From: an uncultured Nitrospiraceae bacterium
GTDB taxonomy: Bacteria > Nitrospirota > Thermodesulfovibrionia > Thermodesulfovibrionales > Dissulfurispiraceae
Assembly: GCA_963705105.1 (NCBI GenBank)
Contig: CAVPIW010000006.1
Span: 704,001-768,000, forward strand
DNA: 64,000 nt
Reading direction: 5' to 3'
The translations under genes and the position numbers were made by a program. Under the pieces are notes generated by a model. It ran no database searches. It saw only the letters and a list, made by a program, of their open reading frames with translations, and was not told where the DNA came from. How positions within the stretch are numbered: position 1 is the first letter of the stretch; the number at the start of each line of letters is the position of its first letter. Positions 50,819 through 60,610 of the stretch are shown piece after piece.

Positions 50819-53788
50819 ATGAAAAAAGTTTCATTCTGTATGATCGTCGTTGCGGCGATAGCCCTCGTGATCGCACTCGCGAACACAGGCCCGCTCGTAA
50901 CGACGGTGGACGCCTTTGACACATGGAGCACCGCCAGGACTTCCGGCAACTGTGCCGACTGCCACGGGAATTACCAAGCCACGAACTATGTTCCGCAGGC
51001 CGCAGCCAGACAAGGTGTCGTGTGGCCGACAGGCCTGCATAACTCACACCGTAATGCGTCACCGAATAACTTCCTTAACGGCAACTGCAACGCCTGCCAC
51101 TCAGGGACCGCCAGGTTCCCCGTGCCGTTGAACGTATCGGCAGCAGCAGCACCGTTCAACCAGGGCTGCAACGGCTGCCACAGCGGCCCCGGCACCCGCA
51201 ACCATCATGAGCGGCTCGTGGGCGTGGGCACATGTTCAAGCTGCCACGGTGCTGAGCCTATCGGCAACGAGAAGACTCCGCTCCCGGCTGTGTACACGGC
51301 TGCGATCGGGACGACCAGCGGGACGACCAGGATCAACAACCCCTGCAACGACGGCGCTGCCGGTCGTGTGTTCGAGGGTGGCTTCTTTGATGTTTCGACT
51401 GTCGGCCTGGACAACGACGGCGACGGCCTTTACGACCAGGCCGACCCTGACTGCCAGGCAGCGCCCCCGCCGCCCGCCCCGTGCGCCAACTTCACATCGG
51501 CGGCCTGCACGGTTCCCGGAGCTCAGGGCGCCTGTGCGGCAAGCCGGACCGTGTGTAACGCGACCACCGGAGCAGTAACGTGCCCACAGACTGTTCAGCC
51601 CATTGCAGAGACCTGTAACAGCGTGGATGATAACTGCGACGGCACCGTCGATAACATCACGATTGCAAATTGTACGATTCCCGGCCTGTCAGGCCCCTGC
51701 GCCGCCGGCCGGACTGCATGCGTAGCCGGAGCGAACGTCTGCCAGCAGGCAGTTCAGCCTGTAGCGGAAACCTGTAACAACGTGGATGACAACTGCGACG
51801 GCACCGTCGATAACATCACCGCCGCAGCCTGCACCACCGGCCGACCGGGCATCTGCGCCGCCGGAACAACGGCGTGCGCCGCTGGAGCACCCGTCTGCAA
51901 TCAGACGACCCCTCAGGGAACAGAGGGACCGTTCCCTACGCGCTGTGCAGACAATCTGGACAACGACTGTGACGGGCTTACCGACGCGGCAGATCCGCAG
52001 TGTGCGGTCGCTGCCGAAGCGAACTGCTTTGACGGCATCGACAACAACCAGGACGGCCGCATCGACTGCGCCGACCCGACCTGTGCCAACGCGACCGGCC
52101 CTGCCACCACCTGTGGTGTCGGCGCCTGTGCGGCAACTGGTAACAGGGTGTGCCGTAATGGTGTAGAGGCCAATACGTGTATTGCCGGCGCACCGACTGC
52201 AGAAGTCTGCGACGGCCGCGACAACGACTGTAACGGCACAGTGGACAACGGCATCGCCGCGACAGCCATCACCTGCGGAACCGGCGCATGTCAGAGGACC
52301 GGCCAAAGAGTGTGCCAGGCCGGGGCGCTTGTTAACCAGTGCACCCCCGGAACGCCCACCGCCGAAACCTGCAACAACATCGACGACGACTGTAACGGCG
52401 TCATCGACAACATCGCAGCAGTGGTGACCAACTGCGGCGTAGGCGCATGCGCGACCACCGGCCAGCAGGTCTGCCAGAACGGCGCAACCGTTAACACCTG
52501 TACGCCTCTGGCGGCGGGAGTTGAAGGTCCCTTCGGTACTGCTTCCTGCGGAGACGGCCGCGACAACGACTGTGACGGCACGACCGATGCAGCAGATCAG
52601 GGCTGTGTACAGCAGTGTGTCCCGACCACTGAAATCTGTGACGGCGTCGACAACGACTGCGACGGCCAGATTGATGAGGGCATCGCGCCGGTTACCATCA
52701 ACTGCGGCGTCGGCGCCTGCGCGACCTCCGGCCAGAGAGTCTGCGTGAACGGCAGGCTTGCCGACCAGTGCACGCCCCTTCCCGCAGGAGTTGAAGGTCC
52801 CTTCGGCACTGCTACTTGTGCAGACGGTATCGACAACGACTGCGACGGCATCGTTGACGCAGCCGATCAGAACTGTGTGCTGGTCTGTGTCCCGACACCT
52901 GAAATCTGTGACGGTAAGGACAACGACTGCAACGGCGTCATCGACGACAACATTGCTGCGACTCCGACCACCTGCGGCGTCGGTGCTTGTGCGAACAACG
53001 GACAGAGGGTCTGCCAGAACGGGCAGCTCGTCGACACCTGCCAGCCTCGGCCCGCGGGTGCTGAGCAGTTCGGAGTCGGTACCGCCTGCTCCGACAACAT
53101 CGACAACGACTGCGACACCCTCGTGGACGCAGCGGATCCGGGCTGCTTTACCCCAGCCCCGGCGGTTGAGCAGGCATGCTTTGACGGCGTCGACAACGAC
53201 CTTGATGGCCGGGTCGACTGCGCTGATCCCGACTGCGCTACTGCAGTTGACGCAGCATGCAACACCGGTCTTGCCGGCCCCTGTGCGGCAGGCCAGACGA
53301 AATGCGTGAACGGCGCTGCCGCATGCGTGCAGAACGTGCTCCCGATTGCTGAGATCTGCACCGACGGTATCGACAACAACTGCGACGGTCTGACCGACAA
53401 CTGTCAGGTGCAGCCGCCGCCGGTAGTGCTGACAGACGTCGACTTCGAGGGCTTCAACGTTGCGGGCAGGGTCAATATCTGCCCTGCGCCGAGAACGCCC
53501 GTTTTCAGGCCCTCCGTCACTGTGGAGAACGAGGGCAGCACTCAGGCGTGTGTCAACGTGACCGTTGTGGGTGTCCAGAACGGCGTTGAAGTCTACCGCC
53601 AGGTCAGGAATGTCTGCCTGAACCACGACCAGGAGACCAGGGTCAGCTTCCCGGAGCCGAGTGTGCGGGGGATCAAGGCCGGCACCATCACGTGGACCGC
53701 GTCCATTGCCGACGACAATACGGACAGGGATCTGCGCACGGCGGCAACCAGGGTCTTGTGCTACTCTTCCAGCTCGAGTAGAGACTAA
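50819..53788 (+). CDS. Secreted tetraheme c-type cytochrome with ~14 Cys/Asp-rich (MopE-related metal-binding) repeats and C-terminal Ig-like domain
   Basis: Signal peptide; CADCH, CNACH, CNGCH, CSSCH; repeated E.C.G.DN(D/N)C(D/N)G..D units; AGGAGG RBS. Confidence 0.9.
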   Translation: MKKVSFCMIVVAAIALVIALANTGPLVTTVDAFDTWSTARTSGNCADCHGNYQATNYVPQAAARQGVVWPTGLHNSHRNASPNNFLNGNCNACHSGTARFPVPLNVSAAAAPFNQGCNGCHSGPGTRNHHERLVGVGTCSSCHGAEPIGNEKTPLPAVYTAAIGTTSGTTRINNPCNDGAAGRVFEGGFFDVSTVGLDNDGDGLYDQADPDCQAAPPPPAPCANFTSAACTVPGAQGACAASRTVCNATTGAVTCPQTVQPIAETCNSVDDNCDGTVDNITIANCTIPGLSGPCAAGRTACVAGANVCQQAVQPVAETCNNVDDNCDGTVDNITAAACTTGRPGICAAGTTACAAGAPVCNQTTPQGTEGPFPTRCADNLDNDCDGLTDAADPQCAVAAEANCFDGIDNNQDGRIDCADPTCANATGPATTCGVGACAATGNRVCRNGVEANTCIAGAPTAEVCDGRDNDCNGTVDNGIAATAITCGTGACQRTGQRVCQAGALVNQCTPGTPTAETCNNIDDDCNGVIDNIAAVVTNCGVGACATTGQQVCQNGATVNTCTPLAAGVEGPFGTASCGDGRDNDCDGTTDAADQGCVQQCVPTTEICDGVDNDCDGQIDEGIAPVTINCGVGACATSGQRVCVNGRLADQCTPLPAGVEGPFGTATCADGIDNDCDGIVDAADQNCVLVCVPTPEICDGKDNDCNGVIDDNIAATPTTCGVGACANNGQRVCQNGQLVDTCQPRPAGAEQFGVGTACSDNIDNDCDTLVDAADPGCFTPAPAVEQACFDGVDNDLDGRVDCADPDCATAVDAACNTGLAGPCAAGQTKCVNGAAACVQNVLPIAEICTDGIDNNCDGLTDNCQVQPPPVVLTDVDFEGFNVAGRVNICPAPRTPVFRPSVTVENEGSTQACVNVTVVGVQNGVEVYRQVRNVCLNHDQETRVSFPEPSVRGIKAGTITWTASIADDNTDRDLRTAATRVLCYSSSSSRD

Positions 53789-53799
53789 CAGACAACGAA

Positions 53800-53878
53800 A
53801 GAGGCGCGGGTGACCGCGCCTCTCTTCACCTGTTAACAACAGATGAGGTGGAGGGGAGCATCCCTCCACCTTTTTTAT
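53800..53878 (+). terminator. Two hairpins, second with T-tract
   Basis: AGAGGCGCGG..CCGCGCCTCT and AGGTGGAGGG..CCCTCCACCT-TTTTT. Confidence 0.7.
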
Positions 53879-54043
53879 GCGAAGCAGGGGCACGCAGCAG
53901 ACAAAAAGGGCCGGGGTTCCCGGCATTACACGTTCGTCCTCGATGGTCGCAACAGGTTTGCATTCATTTGCCTTTTCGTTGCGTCGGAAGTCACAATAAT
54001 TTCTCTGCGACAAGCAGAGCATCTGATTACCAGGAGGTGCATA

Positions 54044-54895
54044 GTGCGACACGCACGCGTTTCTTTCTTGGCCGGACTGATTGTCACGGCACTGATGCTT
54101 CTCGCGCTCCCCTTCCCGTCGCAGGCGGCGATGGAGTGGAGCAGCCTGAAGCAGTTGGGCCTCGACAAGGAGCCTCTCGACGTCGCCACGTCGGAAGACG
54201 GGAGGTACGTATTCATCCTGGTGAGCGGTGAGGTACTCGCCTATTCGGTCCCCGACTATAAGCTGACGGACAGGATCCCCGTGGGGGCAAACTTCGACAG
54301 GCTCACTCCCGGAAAGAACAACACCCTTGTCCTGACGAGCAAGTCGAAGAAGGAGCTCCGGATCATACAACTCACGGCGAGGCATACCTTCGACCTGTCC
54401 GGTCTCGCCGTCAAGGGACCGGCAAAGGCGCCGGTGACGATCGCGGTCTTCAGCGACTATCAGTGACCATACTGTGCGAGCCTTGAGCCGCTCCTCCAGC
54501 AGGTGCTGGAGAAATTTCCCAAAGAAGTGAAAATCGTCGAGAAGAATTTCCCCCTGCAGATGCACAAATTCGCCCGTCAGGCCGCCACTGCGTCCCTCGC
54601 GGCCCACAGGCAGGGCAAGTTCCAGGAGTTTCACAAAAAGCTCTTCGAGTCCATGGCAAGCCTGAGCGATGCGAAGGTGCAGGAAATCGCCAAGCAACTG
54701 AACCTGGACATGGACAAGTTCAACAAGGACCTGACAGACCCGGCCATACAGACCATCATCAACCGCGATCTCCAGGAAGGGACTGCAGCAGGCGTACGCG
54801 GAACGCCGACGATCTTTGTGAACGGCCTGCTCCTCACCAGCCGGGGCATCGAGGGATTCGAGCAGGCGATCAAACAGGAGCTGAAAAAGAAGTAA
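54044..54895 (+). CDS. DsbA/thioredoxin-fold selenoprotein (U-P-Y-C active site), exported
   Basis: KGPAKAPVTIAVFSDYQ-TGA(54464-66)-PYC continues in frame to KNFPL, GVRGTPTIFVNG; GGAGG RBS before GTG. Confidence 0.88.
54494..54511 (+). promoter_or_regulatory. Candidate SECIS hairpin
   Basis: CTCCAGC-AGGT-GCTGGAG; loop 34 nt after the UGA with G at loop position 2. Confidence 0.55.
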
Positions 54896-55262
54896 CGCTT
54901 TGTGGGGTCAGACTTGCAAATTGCTTTGTCGTGTGCTGATGTCTGAAATGCTTGATCCGTCACAATCGCATTTTTCATAGATTATGGGCCTGAAGGGTTT
55001 TACCCATGATTGACGAGCTCGTTATGCTGATTGAAGAAATCGGGAAGGCTCCATATCGACCGCGCCATTGACGTGCACCGGATTGTGCCGGTATCTGCCA
55101 CATTGTCCTCAGCGATGCTGACGCAGCGCGAGAGGTCATTTCCTCCCGCTCCTGCCTGCTCAGCATCGCCATACCCCCTCCTCAGTTCCCCACAGTGATT
55201 GCCGAAGCCGAAAAGGGCGAAGTGTTTCCGGCAGGCGCAACATTAAGAGAGAAGAGAGCCGA

Positions 55263-55305
55263 TTGACAAAACTTTTTTTTGGGTTTATTATGTGCATATG
55301 CACAT
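55263..55305 (+). promoter_or_regulatory. Sigma70 promoter overlapped by a perfect 16-bp palindromic operator
   Basis: TTGACA-17-TATTAT; ATGTGCATATGCACAT at 55290-55305. Confidence 0.75.
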
Positions 55306-55322
55306 TTCAAGGAGGAATTGCC

Positions 55323-55733
55323 ATGAAGCTCTGTTTTCCCGTTGAGACCCACGAGGGGCTCAACAGCGCCGTTTACGGCCACTTCGGCTCAGCCCCCCTC
55401 TTCATCGTCTTCGACACCGTGTCGCAAGACATCACGACGATCAATAACCGCGATCTCCATCATGCCCACGGCGCCTGCAATCCCGTGAAGGCTCTGAACG
55501 GACAGCAGGTCGATGCGGTCATCGTGGGCGGCATCGGCGGAGGCGCGCTGATGGGACTGAACCGGTCCGGCATCAGGGTACTGCAGGCGGCCGGCCGCAC
55601 CATCAGGGACAACGTCAGTCTCTTTCACAGGAACAAGCTCGCCGAATTCACACCCTCGCACACCTGCAGCGGCCATTCTCATGACGGAGCCTGCTCACAC
55701 GGGTCTCCCGTGAAGTTCGGCCGTCAGTCCTGA
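55323..55733 (+). CDS. NifB/NifX-family (FeMo-cofactor-binding-like) protein with His/Cys tail
   Basis: VYGHFGSAPLF, HHAHGACNP, DAVIVGGIGGGA; AAGGAGG RBS. Confidence 0.88.
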   Translation: MKLCFPVETHEGLNSAVYGHFGSAPLFIVFDTVSQDITTINNRDLHHAHGACNPVKALNGQQVDAVIVGGIGGGALMGLNRSGIRVLQAAGRTIRDNVSLFHRNKLAEFTPSHTCSGHSHDGACSHGSPVKFGRQS

Positions 55734-55755
55734 CATCCGGAAGAACGTTTCACAC

Positions 55756-56967
55756 ATGGAGGATATTTCCTTTCAGTCGGCATTTGAGAGTGTACTCTCT
55801 ACGATATCCCCCCTTGCCGCGGAAGAAATTCCGATCGGGCACTCCCTGGGGCGCGTTATAGCGGATGACCTTTTCTCCCTTGTCGCGGCGCCCTCCGCCG
55901 ACGTTTCACTAAAAGACGGGTACGCCGTCAGGTCCTCCGATATCGCCGGGGCTGATGATAGTAACCCGGTTTCGCTACGCGTGACGGGGACGATCGCGGC
56001 AGGGTCGGATGCTTCCTGTACGGTCACCGAGGGAACGGCGATCAGGGTGTTGTCGGGCGCCCCGATCCCCCCGGGCGCCGATGCCGTTCTCGCCCGAGAG
56101 TTCGTCAGGGAAAGCGGAGAGTTTCTCAAAACCCGGACCGGCATCACGAAAGGCCAGAACATCCTGTTCAGAGGCACGGACATCAGGGAAGGCGAAAAGA
56201 TCCTTCTGAAAGGCACGAGGCTCGGACCTCTCCAGGTCGGACTCGTGGCGGCGTCAGGCCATGCGTCGGTAATCGTTCACGGAAATCCGCGCGTGTCCGT
56301 CATAGCAACAGGCAGCGAGGTTCTTGCTCCCGGTCAGCGAATGAAATCAGGAAAGGTATACGCGAGCAACCTCCTCTCCCTCGCTGCCTGGTGCTCTTCC
56401 TACGGCATGCATGTCACGACGTCCGTCATCGAGGACGACGAAGAGTCGATCGCCGCGGCTATAAGGGCATCCCGTAAAACCTCCGACTGCATCATCACGA
56501 GCGGAGGCGCCTGGAAAGGCGAACGTGATCTCGTCGTGAGAGTGCTCGATACAATCGGATGGCGCAAGGTCTTCCATCGTGTGAAGATGGGGCCGGGCAA
56601 GGCCGTCGGCTTCGGACTGCTTGGCGGGAAGCCCGTCTTCTGTCTTCCCGGCGGGCCGCCGTCCAACCAGATGGCATTTCTCCAGCTCGCCCTGCCCGGC
56701 TTGCTCGCCCTTTCCGGTCAAGGGAAGACAGCCCTTCCGGAGTCCACAGCGATTCTCGGAGAGACGGTGCAGGGGCAGCGGGACTGGACCCAGTTTATCT
56801 GGGGCGTCCTGGAGCAGGGGCAGCACGATCCGGTCTTCCGGCCCATCCTGTCTCCGAGCCGGCTGCAGTCCATGGCGAAGGCCGGGGCGATCCTGTGCAT
56901 ACCGGAGGGGATGTCCTGCATCGAGACGGGGCAGCGTGTGACGATTCAGCTCCTGAAAGTCTGCTGA
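55756..56967 (+). CDS. moeA: Molybdopterin molybdotransferase MoeA
   Basis: SLKDGYAV, GAPIPPGADAV, ATGSEV, IITSGG, KMGPGK, LPGGP (several motifs diverged). Confidence 0.88.
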   Translation: MEDISFQSAFESVLSTISPLAAEEIPIGHSLGRVIADDLFSLVAAPSADVSLKDGYAVRSSDIAGADDSNPVSLRVTGTIAAGSDASCTVTEGTAIRVLSGAPIPPGADAVLAREFVRESGEFLKTRTGITKGQNILFRGTDIREGEKILLKGTRLGPLQVGLVAASGHASVIVHGNPRVSVIATGSEVLAPGQRMKSGKVYASNLLSLAAWCSSYGMHVTTSVIEDDEESIAAAIRASRKTSDCIITSGGAWKGERDLVVRVLDTIGWRKVFHRVKMGPGKAVGFGLLGGKPVFCLPGGPPSNQMAFLQLALPGLLALSGQGKTALPESTAILGETVQGQRDWTQFIWGVLEQGQHDPVFRPILSPSRLQSMAKAGAILCIPEGMSCIETGQRVTIQLLKVC

Positions 56968-56981
56968 TGGATGAGGATTAT

Positions 56982-57574
56982 CCCTGTGGTTGCATGAAAA
57001 GGCGGGGCGAAGCGCTCTGAAAAACAGTGTCAGTGTCAGTGTGAGTGTCAGCAAAATGTTCACCTTTTTCAGCCGCCGGCCTGAAATGCTCTCCACGGGA
57101 CGGCAGCGGTTTCGCAGCACCGATGCTTTTCGGCGCATTCACCCCGCTTTTCGGTCGGGAATATGAAGAAATATGTCATCTCAAGGTGTTCAGCGCTTGG
57201 TGCCTGACGGGCTTCTGGTATTAATAGACCTTATCGTTGCAATACACTTCCGGGAAAGGCGGGGCGTATGCGCCGAAAACCTTGCTGCGGCGACACCATA
57301 ACTCTCACAGAAGACAACCTTTCTAACCAATGGTCGACCACACAAAGAGTGGAATCCTGAAAGACAAACCAGACGAGGCGTATCGTCGCCTTCAGCAAGG
57401 CTTTGAGGCGTTTCGCCACGCCTTTCTATGCAAGGTAGACACGGCAAAGGGTTGTCTGGGGATGAATGAGGTATCTTAGCGGAAAGGCTTTTCACCACAT
57501 CAGCCTTCCCGCCTTAGTGACTTTCAGTGGCATCTTCACCCCGCCTTTCCCGGGAGTGTGTCGCAACGATAAGG
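56982..57574 (-). mobile_element. MITE copy with TSD TTAT containing a nested MITE
   Basis: TTAT at 56978-81 and 57575-78. Confidence 0.85.
57229..57435 (+). mobile_element. Nested MITE copy with TSD TAGA
   Basis: TAGA at 57225-28 and 57436-39; the same site is unoccupied (single TAGA, 14067-70) in the 13878 copy. Confidence 0.9.
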
Positions 57575-57681
57575 TTATGGTACACTTATGCATCCGGTGA
57601 ACCAGGCATCATCGGCGTACCGGGAGATGATAGACCGGTGATGCGGCATAACGGCGCGGGAAAACAACAGAGGGACGTCTA

Positions 57682-58725
57682 ATGGACCTGCAGAAAATCT
57701 ACACCATGATCCTGAACAAACTTCCCCTCGGCTTTTCCGTCGTCGATCAGGACGGGATCATCGTTGACTTCAACAGCGCCGCCGAGCAGATAACGGGATA
57801 CTCGCGGGATGAAGTCCTCGGCAGGTCGCATCTGGATATCCTCCACGGCACATCGGACGCACATGACTGTCCACTGTACTCTCGTGCACTGACCCAACAG
57901 GAACAAACAATCGCCGCAGATTCTGTCATCAGAAAAAAGAGCGGCGAACTGATTACGATCACTGTCAGCGCCTTCCCCCTCTTTGACGAGGAGAACCGGT
58001 TCATCGGCGGATTCGAGCTTTTCAGGGATATCAGCGAACGGAGAAGGCTGGAGCGTGAACGGGGGCACATCCTCTCCATGTTCGCCCATGACATGAAGAA
58101 TCCGGTCATGACGGCCATGGGCTTCACGTCACGGATCCTCACGGGCAAGTCGGGGCCTCTGACGGACCTGCAGAAGGACGGGCTCGGTCTCGTCATAGAG
58201 GAACTCGAGACGCTGCAGGAGCTCGTCATGGATTTCCTAGAATTTTCCCGCTTCGAGTCGAAAGGCAAAGATCTTGCAATAACCTGCATCAACATCGAAC
58301 AGATCATCATGAAGCACCTCGAAAGGGTCCGGCCGGCTGCTGCTGAGAAGAACATAACCGTTCACTTTACCCCGTCTGAATCGGGCAATCGCGAGGTGCA
58401 GGCGGACGAGCACCTGATCGAACGTGTCATCGTCAATCTGCTCGACAACGCGGTGAAATACACGAATCCGGGAGGTTCCATCACCGTGACGGTTTCGGCC
58501 GGCGAGTCCGAAATACTTGTCCGCATCCGTGATACGGGCGTCGGCATTCCCGAAAAACACATGCCCTATATCTTCGATGCCTTTTACCGCGCCCACCGTG
58601 ACGCAAGGGGCTCCGGGCTCGGCCTGTCCATCGCCAAAATGATCATATCGGCCCACGGCGGAAGGATCTGGGCCGACAGCGTCGTCGGGGAAGGAAGCAC
58701 CTTTTCCTTTTCCCTGCCGAAATAG
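57682..58725 (+). CDS. PAS-domain sensor histidine kinase
   Basis: PAS (FNSAAEQITGY), H-box AHDMKNP, NLLDNAVKY, DTGVGI, GSGLGL. Confidence 0.95.
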   Translation: MDLQKIYTMILNKLPLGFSVVDQDGIIVDFNSAAEQITGYSRDEVLGRSHLDILHGTSDAHDCPLYSRALTQQEQTIAADSVIRKKSGELITITVSAFPLFDEENRFIGGFELFRDISERRRLERERGHILSMFAHDMKNPVMTAMGFTSRILTGKSGPLTDLQKDGLGLVIEELETLQELVMDFLEFSRFESKGKDLAITCINIEQIIMKHLERVRPAAAEKNITVHFTPSESGNREVQADEHLIERVIVNLLDNAVKYTNPGGSITVTVSAGESEILVRIRDTGVGIPEKHMPYIFDAFYRAHRDARGSGLGLSIAKMIISAHGGRIWADSVVGEGSTFSFSLPK

Positions 58726-58741
58726 GCGGAACACAAAAATC

Positions 58742-58964
58742 TTGCATGAAAAGGCGGGGCAAAGTGCTCTGAAAAATAGTGTCAGTGACAGTGTGAGTGT
58801 CAGTTCATTAATGTCGGGCCGTTCGGGGAACGGCCCCTACACGATTCGATTCCATTCTTTGTGGCATCGACCGTCTGTCTGAAATGGTCTGTATGGGAAG
58901 GCAAAGGTTTCACAGCACCAGGGCTTTGAGGCATTTTGTCCCGCCTTTTCATGCAACGGGAAGG
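58742..58964. mobile_element. MITE-derived composite (two right-type ends) with GTAG-REP
   Basis: TTGCATGAAAAGGCGGGG...CCCGCCTTTTCATGCAAC; REP at 58817-58840. Confidence 0.7.
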
Positions 58965-58979
58965 TAAATCCTGCGCATA

Positions 58980-59762
58980 GTGGACAACAATCTGAAAGTC
59001 GCGACATTCAACGTCAATTCCGTCAGGGCACGGCTCGCCATCATCCTCGACTGGCTGCGGAAAGAGTCTCCTGACGTCCTCTGTCTGCAGGAAACGAAGG
59101 TGCCGGACACTGATTTTCCCCTCGCTGCTTTTGAGGAGGCCGGCTATCATACGGCGTTCCGCGGAGAAAAGGGATACAACGGCGTCGCCATCTTGAGCCG
59201 AACCGCGATGGACGACGTCCGCATAGGTTTCGATGACCTGGAATCGGGCGGGTCGAGACTCATCACGGCCACATGCGGGGGGATCGTCATCATGAATACC
59301 TATGTCCCGCAGGGCTTCCATCCGCTGTCCGAACAGTTCCGCGAAAAGCTGGACTGGCTCCAACGCCTTTACGATTATCTCCGGGGCCGGTTCCGTCCCG
59401 ATGACCCGCTCCTGTGGGCCGGCGACTTCAATATAGCCCCATCGTCGGAGGATGTTTACGACCCGAACCACCTCTACGGCCAGGTCGGGTATCATCCCGA
59501 TGAGCATGCCGTCCTCGATATCCTGCGGCGATGGGGATTGACAGACCTGTTCCGCCTGCACCATCCTGAGGCCGGTCAATTCACATTCTGGGACTATCGC
59601 ATGAAAAAGGCTCTCGATAAAAACATGGGGTGGAGGATCGATCACATCTGGGCGACGCGCCCCCTTGCCCTGCGGTGCACGGCCGCATGGATCGATGTCT
59701 CGCCGAGACGGCTGGAGAGGCCCTCCGATCACACTCCCGTCGTGGCGGAATTCAGCAACTAG
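58980..59762 (+). CDS. xth: Exodeoxyribonuclease III
   Basis: ATFNVNS, LCLQETK, YNGVAILS, GDFNIA, FTFWDYR, GWRIDH, SDHTPV. Confidence 0.96.
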   Translation: MDNNLKVATFNVNSVRARLAIILDWLRKESPDVLCLQETKVPDTDFPLAAFEEAGYHTAFRGEKGYNGVAILSRTAMDDVRIGFDDLESGGSRLITATCGGIVIMNTYVPQGFHPLSEQFREKLDWLQRLYDYLRGRFRPDDPLLWAGDFNIAPSSEDVYDPNHLYGQVGYHPDEHAVLDILRRWGLTDLFRLHHPEAGQFTFWDYRMKKALDKNMGWRIDHIWATRPLALRCTAAWIDVSPRRLERPSDHTPVVAEFSN

Positions 59763-59767
59763 GAACC

Positions 59768-60067
59768 ATGTCACCGCGATACAAGAAACCGAGGCGTTGC
59801 CAGTGTCCCTTCAGGGACATGAAGGGCCGGATCTTCAAGCCCTCCGCCATTCCCATGAGCCAACTGGAACATGTCACCCTCTTTCGTGATGAACTCGAGG
59901 CGATGAGACTCTGCGATACCGAAGACATGACGCAGGAGGAAGCGGGTCGGCAGATGGGCATCTCGCGGGGAACGGTGCAACGTCTCCTGTCAAGCGGGAG
60001 AAGCAAGCTCGTCGATGCGATCATCGGGACGAAGGCCCTGATCCTGGAGGATGAGGAAACGTCGTGA
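59768..60067 (+). CDS. DUF134 (UPF0251) putative DNA-binding protein
   Basis: MSPRYKKPRRC, FKP..IP, DELEAMRLCD, TQEEAG.QMGISRGTVQRLL..GR.K. Confidence 0.9.
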   Translation: MSPRYKKPRRCQCPFRDMKGRIFKPSAIPMSQLEHVTLFRDELEAMRLCDTEDMTQEEAGRQMGISRGTVQRLLSSGRSKLVDAIIGTKALILEDEETS

Positions 60068-60132
60068 AACAGTGTCAGTGCCAGTGAAAGGCATTCATTG
60101 TTGTTCACTTCCCTTGCCCGCTGCTGACTTCA

Positions 60133-60330
60133 CCTTATCGTTGCAATACACTCCCAGGAAAGGCGGGGTGTATGCGCCGAAAACCTTGCTGCGGCGACAC
60201 CGTAACCCTCACAGAAGACAACCTTTCAAGCCAATGGTCGATCACACAAAGAGTGGAATCCTGAAAGACAAACCTGACGAGGCGTATCGTCGCCTTCAGC
60301 AAGGCTTTGAGACGCTTCGCCACACCTTTG
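60133..60330 (+). mobile_element. MITE copy (right end degenerate)
   Basis: Left end and cargo near-identical to 57229-57435 and 25090-25299. Confidence 0.8.
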
Positions 60331-60610
60331 CAGTCTCACTCTAATTCGCAAAGCACGCAAAGAAAAAACAGAAGCCCTCATCCCCGCCTTTCCCGGCGAA
60401 CCTGGCGTCTTTGCGCGATAATTCGCTTGCGTTGCCTGCGTTTTCTGCCCGTCAAGACTGCTGACTGCCGAACGGCGGCTAAGTATTTTTTACAAACGAT
60501 TGACAGGTATGCATTTTTTCATTGACGAAACCACCCTAATTCTATAATAATTACAATGCGCGAACGCATGGCGAAAACGCGCTCCGTCAACTTCAGCCCA
60601 GGAGGCAGGT

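Noticed and set aside
51689..54697. 1002-aa minus-strand ORF
   Set aside because: Antisense shadow of the repetitive cytochrome and DsbA genes; no motifs, and it fully overlaps well-supported plus-strand genes
54975..55172. 65-aa minus-strand ORF with RBS
   Set aside because: May be a decayed small gene, but I cannot support a family or intact frame
55323..55733. Nitrogen fixation inferred from the NifB/NifX-like gene
   Set aside because: The domain is widespread in non-diazotrophs and no nifHDK genes are present in the window
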